From Candidatus Brocadia sp. (lineage in GTDB: Bacteria; Planctomycetota; Brocadiia; Brocadiales; Brocadiaceae), in the NCBI GenBank assembly GCA_011525665.1, contig WYAU01000093.1:3793-67792 (forward strand): a DNA stretch of 64,000 bases, written 5' to 3'. The notes below the pieces were generated by a model. The model saw only the letters and a program-made list of their open reading frames with translations. It was not told the DNA's origin and made no database searches. This document shows positions 37,964 to 47,809 of the stretch, one piece after another. The first letter of the stretch is position 1. Each line of letters opens with the position of its first letter. The position numbers and the translations under genes were made by a program.

Positions 37964-39967
37964 TTATGCTTTTCTTAATTCGGCGCCGAGAATTTTATAA
38001 AGTGTATCAAGGATAATTTTCTGGGAACTATCGACTTCTTCGTTTGTTAGTGTTCGGTCCTGGGCCTGGAAACAGAGGTTAAATGCAATGCTCTTTTTTC
38101 CTGCCGGTACTTGTTTGCCGTAATACACATCAAAAAAATGCATTTCCTTTAAAAGGGCAGCCTTTGCTTCTGCAACGCATTTTTCAACAGATGACCACGT
38201 TACTTCTTCATTGACAATGATAGCAAGATCCCGAAAAACCGGGGGATACGGTGGTATCTTTTGATATTTTTTGGCAAAAAGTGACTTTTCTATAAGTATA
38301 TCCAGATCTATTTCCGCTAAGCAGGATTGCGTTTTGAATCCCAATTCTCCGGTAACTTCTCCAAGATATCCCAAAACGGTATTATCCATCTGAATACTTG
38401 CTGACCTTTCATCCAGAAAAAGTTTGGATTCGTTAAATCCCGTCCATTCCTGCTTCAAAGGCATGCCGAGGTTCTGGAACAGAGATTCAACAATTCCTTT
38501 TAACGTCAAAAAATCTGTATCCGCCACAATGGCAAGACAGGCCTTTTCCTCTGGCAGTGTATTTCCTGCAAGATAAATTCTGGCAATTTCATAGATTTTT
38601 ACCCGTTCGGTGCCATGATCCATGTTATATCGTTTGGTAGTGATAAGACTGGGGAGTAAAGATGTCCGTAAGCGGCTCTCTTCCTGCCTCAATGGGTTAG
38701 CAATATCAATGCTTCCTTTATCCGACCACAAATTTACAGATTGCAATGGCGAGGTATCAACGATACTAAAAGTTTTGACTTCATAAAAGCCAAGTCCGGT
38801 TAGAAACCGGCGAATAGTATCCTCAACAATCTCATATTTGCTCCTCGCGCTGCCGCGGATACTGATAGAAGTCTTTGTGGGAATGTTATTATACCCGTAA
38901 ATCCTGGCTACTTCTTCAATCAGGTCAATCTCCCGATAGACGTCGCCACGAAAACTGGGCACTTCCAGATCAATAAAGTTGTCAACGTCGTTTAGAACAG
39001 TGAACTGAAGTTTTGTTAAAATGTCAACGGCAACGTCTCTTTTTATCTCTACACCAAGCACTTTATGAAGGCGTTCCATGCGCAGGGTAATTTTTTTTGT
39101 TTCATGTCTTCCTGTTCTTATATCAATGGCACCACCGGCAATTTCTCCACCCGCGTGGTCTTTGAAAAGTTGTACAGCTCCCTGGGATGCACGGTCTATA
39201 CCTTCGGGATCTGTACCCCTTTCGAATCGATATGAAGAATCTGAAGCAATACCCAAAGCCCGTGACGTACGCCGTACTTGTCTCGGCTCAAATTGTGCAC
39301 ATTCCAGGAGGATATTTCTGGTTGATTCGGAAACCTCCGTTTCCTTTCCCCCCATAACTCCGGCAATGGCAACAGGTCTCCTGCTGTCCGCAATGACCAG
39401 CATGTCATGAAAAAGAGCGCGTCTTGCCCCGTTAATGGTAACAATTTCCTCTCCACTCCTGGCCTTTCTTACAATGATTTTCTGTTCCGTTAACTTGTCC
39501 AGATCAAATACGTGGAGGGGCTGGCCGGTTTGCATCATCACGTAATTGGTAATGTCTACGATATTGTTTACAGGTCGAAGCCCTATACACTTCAACCTCT
39601 TTTGTATGAATTCAGGGGAAGATTCCACTGTTACATGGCGAATTATTCTGGCTGTATAGCGGGGACAGAGTATCGGTTCCTCAAGGGTGATGTTAATAAA
39701 TGTTGATATCTCGTCACTCGCCGTTACAAAATGGATTTCCGGGATGCGGAGGCTTCCTCCCACCGCTGCAGCTACCTCACGCGCAATACCAATAATTCCG
39801 AGACAATCGGGACGATTGGAAGTGACTTCTATATCGAGGCAGAAATCGTCTTCAACGGGTTTAACGTCAGCGACTACCAATCCTACTTTGGTTAACCTGT
39901 CGGCCACTTCCTCCGGTGATAGATAAAAATAAACGTATTCTTTTAGCCAATTGTAGCTGATCTTCAT
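37964..39967 (-). CDS. pheT: Phenylalanine--tRNA ligase beta subunit (short form lacking the OB-fold tRNA-binding domain)
   Basis: 667 aa. MKISYNWLKEYV start, B3/4 domain, B5 (VPSFRGDV), FDX-ACB C-terminal domain. The sequence jumps from VKPVEDDF directly to CLDIEVTSNRPDCLG. Confidence 0.95.
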   Translation of the reverse strand: MKISYNWLKEYVYFYLSPEEVADRLTKVGLVVADVKPVEDDFCLDIEVTSNRPDCLGIIGIAREVAAAVGGSLRIPEIHFVTASDEISTFINITLEEPILCPRYTARIIRHVTVESSPEFIQKRLKCIGLRPVNNIVDITNYVMMQTGQPLHVFDLDKLTEQKIIVRKARSGEEIVTINGARRALFHDMLVIADSRRPVAIAGVMGGKETEVSESTRNILLECAQFEPRQVRRTSRALGIASDSSYRFERGTDPEGIDRASQGAVQLFKDHAGGEIAGGAIDIRTGRHETKKITLRMERLHKVLGVEIKRDVAVDILTKLQFTVLNDVDNFIDLEVPSFRGDVYREIDLIEEVARIYGYNNIPTKTSISIRGSARSKYEIVEDTIRRFLTGLGFYEVKTFSIVDTSPLQSVNLWSDKGSIDIANPLRQEESRLRTSLLPSLITTKRYNMDHGTERVKIYEIARIYLAGNTLPEEKACLAIVADTDFLTLKGIVESLFQNLGMPLKQEWTGFNESKLFLDERSASIQMDNTVLGYLGEVTGELGFKTQSCLAEIDLDILIEKSLFAKKYQKIPPYPPVFRDLAIIVNEEVTWSSVEKCVAEAKAALLKEMHFFDVYYGKQVPAGKKSIAFNLCFQAQDRTLTNEEVDSSQKIILDTLYKILGAELRKA

Positions 39968-39974
39968 TTATAAT

Positions 39975-40991
39975 TCAGAATTGTGATAAAAAACGCATGT
40001 CGTTTTCGTAGAAGAGTCGAATATCGCCAATACCGTGCTTCAGCATGGTGATCCGTTCAACACCCATTCCAAATGCAAAACCTGTATACTTTTCTGCATC
40101 ATAATGTACCGCCTTGAATACATTGGGGTCTACCATACCGGCCCCCAATATTTCGACCCATCCACTATAAGAACATACATTACACCCTTTGCTCCTGCAG
40201 AGTGAACATGAAATATCAACCTCAGCGCTCGGTTCGGTAAAAGGAAAGAAAGAAGGCCTGAAGCGCATCTTGATGTCCTGTCCGAAATAGGTCTTAATGA
40301 ATTGATTCAGTACACCTTTCAGATCCGCAAAACTCACCCCTTCATCCACCAGCAGCCCTTCCACCTGATGAAACATGAAGGAGTGCCGGGCATCAACAGT
40401 ATCAGGCCGGTAAACCCTGCCTGGCGCAATAATACGAATAGGGGGTTCTTGCTTTTCCATAATGCGAATTTGAACGGTGGATGTTTGACTTCTGAGGAGA
40501 ATATCGCCTTTGATGTAGAAGGTATCAAAATCCGTGCGGGAGGGATGATCTGGCGGAATGTTTAGTGCTTCAAAGTTGTAATACTCTGATTCCACTTCAG
40601 GGCCGTAAGCCACATCGAAACCCAATCGGGCAAAGACCTCTTTAATATCATCAATTGTTTGAGTAAGCGGGTGGCTCTTTCCTATGGAGGGACGTTTACC
40701 CGGTAAAGTAATATCGAATATTTCAGTTTTATTTTTTGGGATTGTTTTTGACGAGAACTTTTTAATAAGCCCTTCTATTATGTCCGTAATTTCAATCTTA
40801 AGAGAGTTGATCTGTTGCCCGTATGCGGCGCGTTTTTCAACTGGCAGAGTCGGGATAAGTTTCATTAAATCATTGATACTCCCCTTCCGTCCCAAATATT
40901 TTGTCCTGAGTTGTTCCGCACCTTTCAGGGTGTTGATTGCTTTGGTTTCTTCTTGTAAATTTCCTTTTATCCGTTCTAACTTATCTAACAT
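39975..40991 (-). CDS. pheS: Phenylalanine--tRNA ligase alpha subunit
   Basis: Internal start MLDKLERIKGNLQEE (338 aa). Class II motifs: RIIAPGRVYR, FHQVEGL, GAGMVDP, GFAFGMGVERI. Confidence 0.95.
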   Translation of the reverse strand: MLDKLERIKGNLQEETKAINTLKGAEQLRTKYLGRKGSINDLMKLIPTLPVEKRAAYGQQINSLKIEITDIIEGLIKKFSSKTIPKNKTEIFDITLPGKRPSIGKSHPLTQTIDDIKEVFARLGFDVAYGPEVESEYYNFEALNIPPDHPSRTDFDTFYIKGDILLRSQTSTVQIRIMEKQEPPIRIIAPGRVYRPDTVDARHSFMFHQVEGLLVDEGVSFADLKGVLNQFIKTYFGQDIKMRFRPSFFPFTEPSAEVDISCSLCRSKGCNVCSYSGWVEILGAGMVDPNVFKAVHYDAEKYTGFAFGMGVERITMLKHGIGDIRLFYENDMRFLSQF

Positions 40992-41167
40992 GCAGATGGG
41001 GTGTATAAAAAGTATAAAAAACGCAGGCACGTTCTTTCTGGTCTGGCCAACTACCAGAGCAGGACGTGCCTCATATTTTAGAGATACAACATACGTGAAC
41101 GGAATAGACAACTCACTAAATACTTGCGTAACGGAGAAGCGATGCCTTACCGTTATCGGTCATAGTT

Positions 41168-41521
41168 TCAGACAGCAGCTTTTACCTGTTCGACTAATTT
41201 ATCAAAAGCTGGCTTATCATTGACTGCCATTTCAGCCAGCATCTTTCTGTTTAAATCTATGTTTGCTTTGATTAAGCCACGAATGAAACAGCTATAAGAA
41301 ATACCATGCTCTCTTGCAGCGGCGCTGATTCTGGAGATCCAGAGTTCGCGGAACTTCCTCTTTCGTGCCTTTCTGTCCCTAAACGAAAATACCATGGCGC
41401 GGATATACGTTTCCATAGCCTTACGATACAAATTACCTCTTCCGCCCCAATAACCTTCCGTCTTGTTCAATAATCTTTTTCTTGACCTTTTTCTTGCACA
41501 ACCTTTTGTTGCTCTTGGCAT
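41168..41521 (-). CDS. rplT: 50S ribosomal protein L20
   Basis: 117 aa. MPRATKGCARKRSRKRLLNKTEGYWGG... Confidence 0.95.
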   Translation of the reverse strand: MPRATKGCARKRSRKRLLNKTEGYWGGRGNLYRKAMETYIRAMVFSFRDRKARKRKFRELWISRISAAAREHGISYSCFIRGLIKANIDLNRKMLAEMAVNDKPAFDKLVEQVKAAV

Positions 41522-41560
41522 GTTACAACTCTTTCATAATAAAAAAATCCAAAATATACC

Positions 41561-41758
41561 TTATGACCCTCGTAATGCCCTCTCCATGATTTTATTGAAG
41601 GCGGGAGAAACTCCCGCTTTTTTTCTCATATGCTGCCTTCGTCTTCCGGATTTTCCCGACAGCAGATGGCCCTTTCCGGCCTTCGGTCTCTTGACCTTGC
41701 CCCTAGCACTGATTTTTATTCTTTTTTTAAGCCCTTTATGGGTTTTTAACTTTGGCAT
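41561..41758 (-). CDS. rpmI: 50S ribosomal protein L35
   Basis: 65 aa. MPKLKTHKGLKKRIKISARGKVKR... Confidence 0.95.
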   Translation of the reverse strand: MPKLKTHKGLKKRIKISARGKVKRPKAGKGHLLSGKSGRRRQHMRKKAGVSPAFNKIMERALRGS

Positions 41759-41791
41759 CTGTTATACCTCCCTCATTTAAATCATATATCT

Positions 41792-42289
41792 TCACTTAGG
41801 AGACAAGATTATTCCCATTCTCCGATCATCCGAAATCTTGTCCTTTTCTACTTTAGCAATGTCTTCAAGTGCATCCGCGATTTGTTTTAATATTTCATTG
41901 CCCAATTCTGCATGGGCACGTTCCCTCCCTTTAAACATCATATTGATAAGAACACGGTCTTTATTTTCTAAAAATTTTCTGGCCTGACGAATCTTTGTTT
42001 GAATATCATGTTCACCCGTCTTAGGTCTCAGCCGTAATTCCTTTAGCTGAACAACATGCTGTTTCTGGTGCAATTTTTTCTTTTGTTTATATTTAAACTT
42101 GCCATAATTCATAATCCTGCAGACGGGCGGATCTGCGTCAGGAGCAACCTCTACAAGGTCGAGTTCAACGCTTCTTGCCTTTGCGATGGCGTCTTCCTTA
42201 CTAATTACACCGATCTGCACACCATTCTCGTCTATCAGTCGTACCGTAGACGAACGGATCCGTTCATTAATTCTTAAGTCTTGTGAAAT
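41792..42289 (-). CDS. infC: Translation initiation factor IF-3, extended to a probable ATT start
   Basis: The frame stays open upstream of the ORF-track GTG (42220) and reads [28 protein letters not shown]..., the conserved IF-3 N-terminus. ATT at 42289-42287 lies 7 nt after AGGAGGGG. Confidence 0.85.
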   Translation of the reverse strand: MSQDLRINERIRSSTVRLIDENGVQIGVISKEDAIAKARSVELDLVEVAPDADPPVCRIMNYGKFKYKQKKKLHQKQHVVQLKELRLRPKTGEHDIQTKIRQARKFLENKDRVLINMMFKGRERAHAELGNEILKQIADALEDIAKVEKDKISDDRRMGIILSPK

Positions 42290-42315
42290 GTATGTTCCCC
42301 TCCTAAAAAATAAAA

Positions 42316-44238
42316 CTATCTTTTCTCTCTCACTTCAGATTCCGCTTTGTTTAAGAAATCCTCAGTTGCCATCACCCCTTCATTCCCATTTTTTCTGCTT
42401 CTGACGGAGACAGTGTCACTCCCTGATTCTTTGTCACCTACTATCAGCAAATAAGGAATTTTTTCCAGGGTACCTTCCCGTATCTTGTAATTAATTTTAG
42501 CATTGCTTGTATCGCATTCTACCCGAAAATTTTTCATAAGCAGCTGATTTTGTAACTTTTTTGCATAATCTCTTTGTGCATCCGTAATAGGTAATATCCT
42601 CATTTGAACCGGCGCAATCCACAGAGGAAAATCACCCGCATAATGCTCAATCAGACAACCCACAAACCGTTCCATAGCCCCCAGGACTGTACGATGAACC
42701 ATCACCACCCGGTGGTGAAGCCCATCGGGGCCGACATAATTTACATCGAATCTCTCCGGAAGATTAAAATCAACCTGTATAGTAGGCCCCTGCCACCCGC
42801 GTCCTATTGCGTCCTTCACCTTGATATCGATCGCCGGACCATAAAACTTCGCCTCGCCCTCCATCCGTCTATATTTTAGTCCCTTTTTATCAAGGGCTAA
42901 TTTTAAAGAATTTTCTGCATGATCCCAAATCTCATCCCGCCCTATATATTTTTCCTTTTCGCCCTTGCCCCGCACGCTTAATTCTATCTCATATTCATTA
43001 AACCCGAAACTCGACAACATAAACTGAGCCAGTTCAATTACCCCTAAGATTTCTCCTTCTAATTGGTCCGGGGTACAGAATATATGGGCATCGTCCTGGG
43101 TAAATCCACGCACACGCAACAACCCATGCAAGACACCTGAGCGCTCATACCGATACACGGTTCCCAACTCCCCCCACCGCAAAGGAAGATCACGGTAACT
43201 GTGAAGCTTAGTCTTGTAAATAAGCACCGCAAAAGGACAATTCATGGGTTTCAGGATATATTCATGTCCGTCAACCTCAATCGGCGAGTACATGCTTTCA
43301 CGGTAAAAATTCCAATGACCACTTGTCTTCCATAAGTTAATTTTTGCAATATGAGGACTGTAAACAATTTCATATCCTCTCTTGAAATGCTCTTCTCTCC
43401 AAAAATTCTCGATGATGTTGCGAATCCTTGCGCCCTTTGGATGCCAAAAAGTTAAGCCGGCGCCGCCCTCTTCATGAAAACTGAAAAGATCCAAATCCCT
43501 TCCGATTTTCCGGTGATCACGTTTTTCAGCCTCTTCTAAGTATCGTAAATACTTATCAAGCTCGCTTTGGGTAAAAAAAGCAGTCCCATAAATACGCTGT
43601 AACATGGGATTCGTTTCTTTCCCACGCCAATAAGCGCCTGCCACGCTGAGTAGCTTGAATGCCTTAACCTTGCGCGAACTCTGAATATGCGGGCCGCGGC
43701 ATAAGTCTACAAAATCTCCTTGCAGGTAAAAAGATACAGTGTCATCCTCGATATCCTTAATAAGTTCAACCTTAAAAGGCTGACCTAACGCTTCCATCTT
43801 CTGAATGGCAACATCGCGAGGCAATTCCATTCTCTTAAAGGCAATGTCCTCCTGGATAATCCTTGCCATTTCTTCTTCAATCTTCCTGAGATCATCTTCA
43901 GATAGGCTGTGCTGGAGGCTGAAATCATAATAAAATCCATTTTCAATGGTGGGACCTATGCCGAGTTTCACGCCGGGAAAAAGCCGGCTAACCGCCTGCG
44001 CCATGATGTGGGCTGTACTGTGACGAAGGATTTCTAAACCTTCTTCTGTGTCGTCAGTTATTACCGACAGGGAAATGTCTTCTTTTATGGGAAAACTAAG
44101 GTCTACGAGAACGCCGCCCGCCTTTCCAGCTAACGCCCTTTCGCTCAGACGGCTGCCAATATTACTGGCAACTTCACCAATAGTTATATTTTCCCTGTAT
44201 TCCTTTTTAGTCCCGTCAGGTAATGTGATCTTAACCAT
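42316..44238 (-). CDS. thrS: Threonine--tRNA ligase
   Basis: 640 aa. TGS domain start [14 protein letters not shown], editing-domain HSTAHIM, class II catalytic core, C-terminal anticodon-binding domain. Confidence 0.95.
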   Translation of the reverse strand: MVKITLPDGTKKEYRENITIGEVASNIGSRLSERALAGKAGGVLVDLSFPIKEDISLSVITDDTEEGLEILRHSTAHIMAQAVSRLFPGVKLGIGPTIENGFYYDFSLQHSLSEDDLRKIEEEMARIIQEDIAFKRMELPRDVAIQKMEALGQPFKVELIKDIEDDTVSFYLQGDFVDLCRGPHIQSSRKVKAFKLLSVAGAYWRGKETNPMLQRIYGTAFFTQSELDKYLRYLEEAEKRDHRKIGRDLDLFSFHEEGGAGLTFWHPKGARIRNIIENFWREEHFKRGYEIVYSPHIAKINLWKTSGHWNFYRESMYSPIEVDGHEYILKPMNCPFAVLIYKTKLHSYRDLPLRWGELGTVYRYERSGVLHGLLRVRGFTQDDAHIFCTPDQLEGEILGVIELAQFMLSSFGFNEYEIELSVRGKGEKEKYIGRDEIWDHAENSLKLALDKKGLKYRRMEGEAKFYGPAIDIKVKDAIGRGWQGPTIQVDFNLPERFDVNYVGPDGLHHRVVMVHRTVLGAMERFVGCLIEHYAGDFPLWIAPVQMRILPITDAQRDYAKKLQNQLLMKNFRVECDTSNAKINYKIREGTLEKIPYLLIVGDKESGSDTVSVRSRKNGNEGVMATEDFLNKAESEVREKR

Positions 44239-44593
44239 GATTAAACAACTTATAAAAATTTAGAAATATACGTTCTCTCACCACTATGGACGATGCTAGA
44301 CCCGAACCACCACCCCTTTCGTCCGCCAAGCAACCGGCGGTATTATAACAATTTTATGCTTTGGTTTCAAGTATTTTGTTTCATTTATGTTAGTATCAGT
44401 ATTAATAATTATTGAGCGGTATGGTTTTATTTGGAATTAGCTATGGGCATCTAACGCCGTGGCGCTGTAAAAAGACTTATGATATACCGGATAAAGTATG
44501 GATGGGGACAATCAGGAAAAAAGGTTCACTATTTGTTCATAATTTCCCGAAGACGGCACCCAATACTGTATATCGCAAGTCCCTTATATGGCA

Positions 44594-44670
44594 TGGTGGG
44601 CGATACTGGGCTCGAACCAGTGACCTCTTGCTTGTCGAGCAAGCGCTCTAGCCATCTGAGCTAATCGCCC
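44594..44670 (-). tRNA. tRNA-Val (anticodon GAC), CCA encoded
   Basis: Hand fold: GGGCGAT-TA-GCTC-AGATGGCTA-GAGC-G-CTTGC-TCGACAA-GCAAG-AGGTC-ACTGG-TTCGAGC-CCAGT-ATCGCCC-ACCA. All four stems are fully Watson-Crick. Confidence 0.85.
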
Positions 44671-44892
44671 TAAGTATTTAATCCCCGGTAATACACACAT
44701 CTGCTGCCTAAATCCTTAAGAATAACGTAATTTATGTTATCAGGTGGTTTTTTTTCTGTCAAGGAAAAAGGTTTTGGGTGTAGAGTGTTTGCAGAATTTT
44801 TAAAAAAGTATTTAAAAACAATTCGTGCTTTGTTATGATCTGATTATTGTAATTTTATAAAAAATATAATGAACGGCAGAGAGTAATTCCCT

Positions 44893-44925
44893 GAATCTCC
44901 CTGGCAAAGGGCAATGAGGGGATTT
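44893..44925. repeat. Partial copy of the GC-hairpin repeat family tail
   Basis: gaatctccctggcaaagggcaatgaggggattt resembles 4634-4668 (gatttctccttggcaaggggtggacaatgggg). Confidence 0.4.
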
Positions 44926-44962
44926 TTCCTTATTCGTTATCGTTACCTAATAATTATTCTTC

Positions 44963-45871
44963 ATGTCTGCTATAACAGAGAAAATTCATGAATTAAAGAA
45001 AAAAAGGAATGCGGTGATCCTTGCGCATAACTACCAAAGAGGGGATGTGCAGGATATCGCAGACTTTACGGGCGATTCACTGGGACTTTCCCGGCAGGCA
45101 GCTAAGACAAAGGCCGATATAATTGTATTCTGCGGTGTACACTTTATGGCCGAGACGGCGTCTATCCTCTGCCCTGATAAAATGGTGCTATTGCCCGACG
45201 AGCACGCCGGTTGTCCCATGGCCAACATGATCACCCTGCGAGAACTCAGGATAAAGAAAAAGGAACACCCCAATGCCAGAGTAGTTTGTTACGTAAATAG
45301 CACGGCAGCTATAAAGGCGGAAAGTGACATATGTTGCACTTCTTCCAATGCAATGAAAATTGTTTCGTCAATTCCCAGAGACCAGGAAATCCTCTTTATA
45401 CCGGACAAGAGCCTTGGGGGCTATGTATCGTCCAGGCTGAATCGGCCGATGATACTCTGGGAGGGATACTGTCCTACCCATCACAGGATATTGGCCGAAT
45501 ATATCATTAAATTAAAGTCTGAATACCCCGGAGCAAAGGTCGTTGTTCACCCTGAATGCACACCGGATGTGATTGCGCTGGCAGACCATGTTGCCAGCAC
45601 AACGGGTATTGCCAGATACTGCAAAGAGACAGATGCAGGGGAATTTATCATCGGCACTGAAACAGGCATTCTTCATCGTTTAAGAAAAGAGAATCCGGAA
45701 AAAAAATTTTACGCTATTACACAGCTTGCAGATTGTTCCAACATGAAGCTTATTAGTCTGGAAAAGGTCTTGTGGTCCCTCGAAGACCTCGTTTACCAGA
45801 TAAAGGTACCCGACGACATTGCGTCAAAAGCACGGGTGGCCATCCAGAAAATGCTCGATTTGTCGGAATAA
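44963..45871 (+). CDS. nadA: Quinolinate synthase NadA
   Basis: 302 aa. ILAHNYQ, GDSLGLS, FCGVHFMAET and VVVHPEC motifs. Confidence 0.9.
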   Translation: MSAITEKIHELKKKRNAVILAHNYQRGDVQDIADFTGDSLGLSRQAAKTKADIIVFCGVHFMAETASILCPDKMVLLPDEHAGCPMANMITLRELRIKKKEHPNARVVCYVNSTAAIKAESDICCTSSNAMKIVSSIPRDQEILFIPDKSLGGYVSSRLNRPMILWEGYCPTHHRILAEYIIKLKSEYPGAKVVVHPECTPDVIALADHVASTTGIARYCKETDAGEFIIGTETGILHRLRKENPEKKFYAITQLADCSNMKLISLEKVLWSLEDLVYQIKVPDDIASKARVAIQKMLDLSE

Positions 45872-45911
45872 TTCATCGCACAGATGCAAAGGGGTGCAAA
45901 AAGAAAGATTT

Positions 45912-46730
45912 ATGAATGCAACGGAAAAACTGAGAAAACTACAGGATACGATAAAAACTCTGGAAAGCGTTGTGGTGGCATTTTCAGGGGGTGTGGATAG
46001 CTCCCTTGTAGCAAAGGTTTGTTATGATGTACTGGGGGACAGATCCCTTGCGGTTACTGCACGGTCAGAGACGTATCCAGAGTATGAATACGAAGAAGCC
46101 AAAAAGATTGCTAAAGAAATTGGCATTGCCCACATGACCATCGATACCAGCGAGCTTGGTATCGATGGATTTGCCCAAAATCCTCCCAACCGATGCTATT
46201 TCTGTAAATCGGAATTATTCGGAAAGCTAAAAAAAATTGCCAGGGAAAGAGGTTACAAAAACGTCGCGGATGGTGCAAATCTGGATGATGCAGGCGAGTA
46301 CAGGCCCGGACTTGATGCCGCAAAGGAGCTTGAAGTACGAAGTCCCCTAAAGGAAACCGGCTTGAGGAAATCAGACATACGTGAGATATCGAAGCACCTG
46401 AATCTTTCCACCTGGGATAAGCCCTCCTATGCATGCATGTCTTCCAGATTTCCTTATGGAAATTCAATTACCGAGGAGAAATTGGCCATCGTTGCTGCAG
46501 CAGAAAACTATTTGAGGGGTATCGGGCTGAAACAATTCCGCGTCAGACATCACGACACCATCGCGCGAATTGAGGTGATGCCGGAAGACATCCCAGCACT
46601 CTTGCAGAATGGCAAGCGCAAAGAACTTGTCAAAAAATTCAAGGAAATCGGTTATAAATATGTAACTATAGATATGGAGGGATACAGGAGCGGCAGTATG
46701 AATGAGGTGTTGCAAGCAGTCAGAAGTTGA
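45912..46730 (+). CDS. larE: PP-loop ATP pyrophosphatase of the LarE/TIGR00268 family (sulfur transferase-like)
   Basis: Internal start MNATEKLRKLQDT (272 aa). PP-loop AFSGGVDSS. Three Cys in RCYFCK and YACMSSRFPYG. Confidence 0.7.
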   Translation: MNATEKLRKLQDTIKTLESVVVAFSGGVDSSLVAKVCYDVLGDRSLAVTARSETYPEYEYEEAKKIAKEIGIAHMTIDTSELGIDGFAQNPPNRCYFCKSELFGKLKKIARERGYKNVADGANLDDAGEYRPGLDAAKELEVRSPLKETGLRKSDIREISKHLNLSTWDKPSYACMSSRFPYGNSITEEKLAIVAAAENYLRGIGLKQFRVRHHDTIARIEVMPEDIPALLQNGKRKELVKKFKEIGYKYVTIDMEGYRSGSMNEVLQAVRS

Positions 46731-46811
46731 CAATTATAAATTATTATTGAATAGAGATTACCCGGATCCGCTTTTCTGCAAATAGCTGAGCAATAATACA
46801 AAAACAAAAAA

Positions 46812-46839
46812 GGGTAATATCCGAAAATGAATATTACCC
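46812..46839. terminator. Bidirectional rho-independent terminator between the larE-like gene and the DUF1559 pilin gene
   Basis: Perfect 9-bp stem GGGTAATAT-N10-ATATTACCC, flanked by an A-run upstream (a T-run on the minus strand) and TATTT downstream. Confidence 0.6.
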
Positions 46840-46868
46840 TATTTAAGTTTAAGAATTAAAATTTTTTG

Positions 46869-47486
46869 TTATTGTAAGATCGCCGTATCGGTTCCCCCCC
46901 CCGTACCTGCCCAAATGTTATCATACGCTGAGCCATTGTAAAAGCCGCACGTGCTGGTACCTTTCCATTCCACGTGACCATCTATATAAAGCACGTTTTG
47001 GCCTTTTTGATTGTGATTGTCCGAAAGGGTAGTACCGGTGCCCTTTGCATCCGCTGCAATAGCCACGCCCGGATCATCTGCCGACGTATGGTTATCATCG
47101 TAACCATAACTGCATGTGGATAGCATAAAGGAACTATTGGTCGTTGTTAAAGTCAAAACGCTCGCTTCCGTAACGGCACTATCACTGGGACATCTGAAGA
47201 CTTTCCTATCGGTAATGTAGCCATCATAAAGTTTTCCCAGTGATTGCAGTTCCCCATCTTGTCCGCTGCCACCCGAAGGAAACGTTTCATTGTTGTCATT
47301 GGCATACATATTAAGGGCAAGACCGATCTGTTTCAAATTAGAGGCGCACTGCGTCCGGCGCGCCGATTCACGCGCCCTTCCCAATGTAGGTAAAAGAATG
47401 CCTGCCAGAATACCAATTATGGCGATTACCACCAGCAACTCTATTAATGTAAAACCTGTATTCTCCCTTTTCTTCTTCATATTCAT
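46869..47486 (-). CDS. Prepilin-type N-terminal cleavage/methylation protein with DUF1559 / H-X9-DG-like C-terminus
   Basis: 205 aa. [26 protein letters not shown], then [28 protein letters not shown] and [11 protein letters not shown]. This is the pattern expanded in Planctomycetota. Confidence 0.85.
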   Translation of the reverse strand: MNMKKKRENTGFTLIELLVVIAIIGILAGILLPTLGRARESARRTQCASNLKQIGLALNMYANDNNETFPSGGSGQDGELQSLGKLYDGYITDRKVFRCPSDSAVTEASVLTLTTTNSSFMLSTCSYGYDDNHTSADDPGVAIAADAKGTGTTLSDNHNQKGQNVLYIDGHVEWKGTSTCGFYNGSAYDNIWAGTGGGTDTAILQ

Positions 47487-47809
47487 AACACAATCTCCTT
47501 AACTAGAGTTAATATTAACCATATACAATTATAGGAATTATTTTCTTCGATTACCTCCTTTTTGGGCAATACGATTATATAATTCTATTGTTTATGTATA
47601 TACTACATATCCGGATTCCGTTCAATATAAAATATTTCTGGAATTCATCTGTGTAAACGAAAAACGTGCTATTCCTTTAAATATTTATCGGAATAATTTA
47701 AAAATTGTTTAGCAGAAATTCCATCCTCTTTGTTAACCCCCGGCACACGAATACACAAGAGTGATTAAAAACTTGCCAGAAAAGACAAAAGGCGGTAATA
47801 TAAAACACC

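Noticed and set aside
44412-44664. 79-aa and 61-aa plus-strand ORFs
   Set aside because: Their 3' parts run antisense through the tRNA-Val gene. No SD and no recognisable family. These are treated as spurious.
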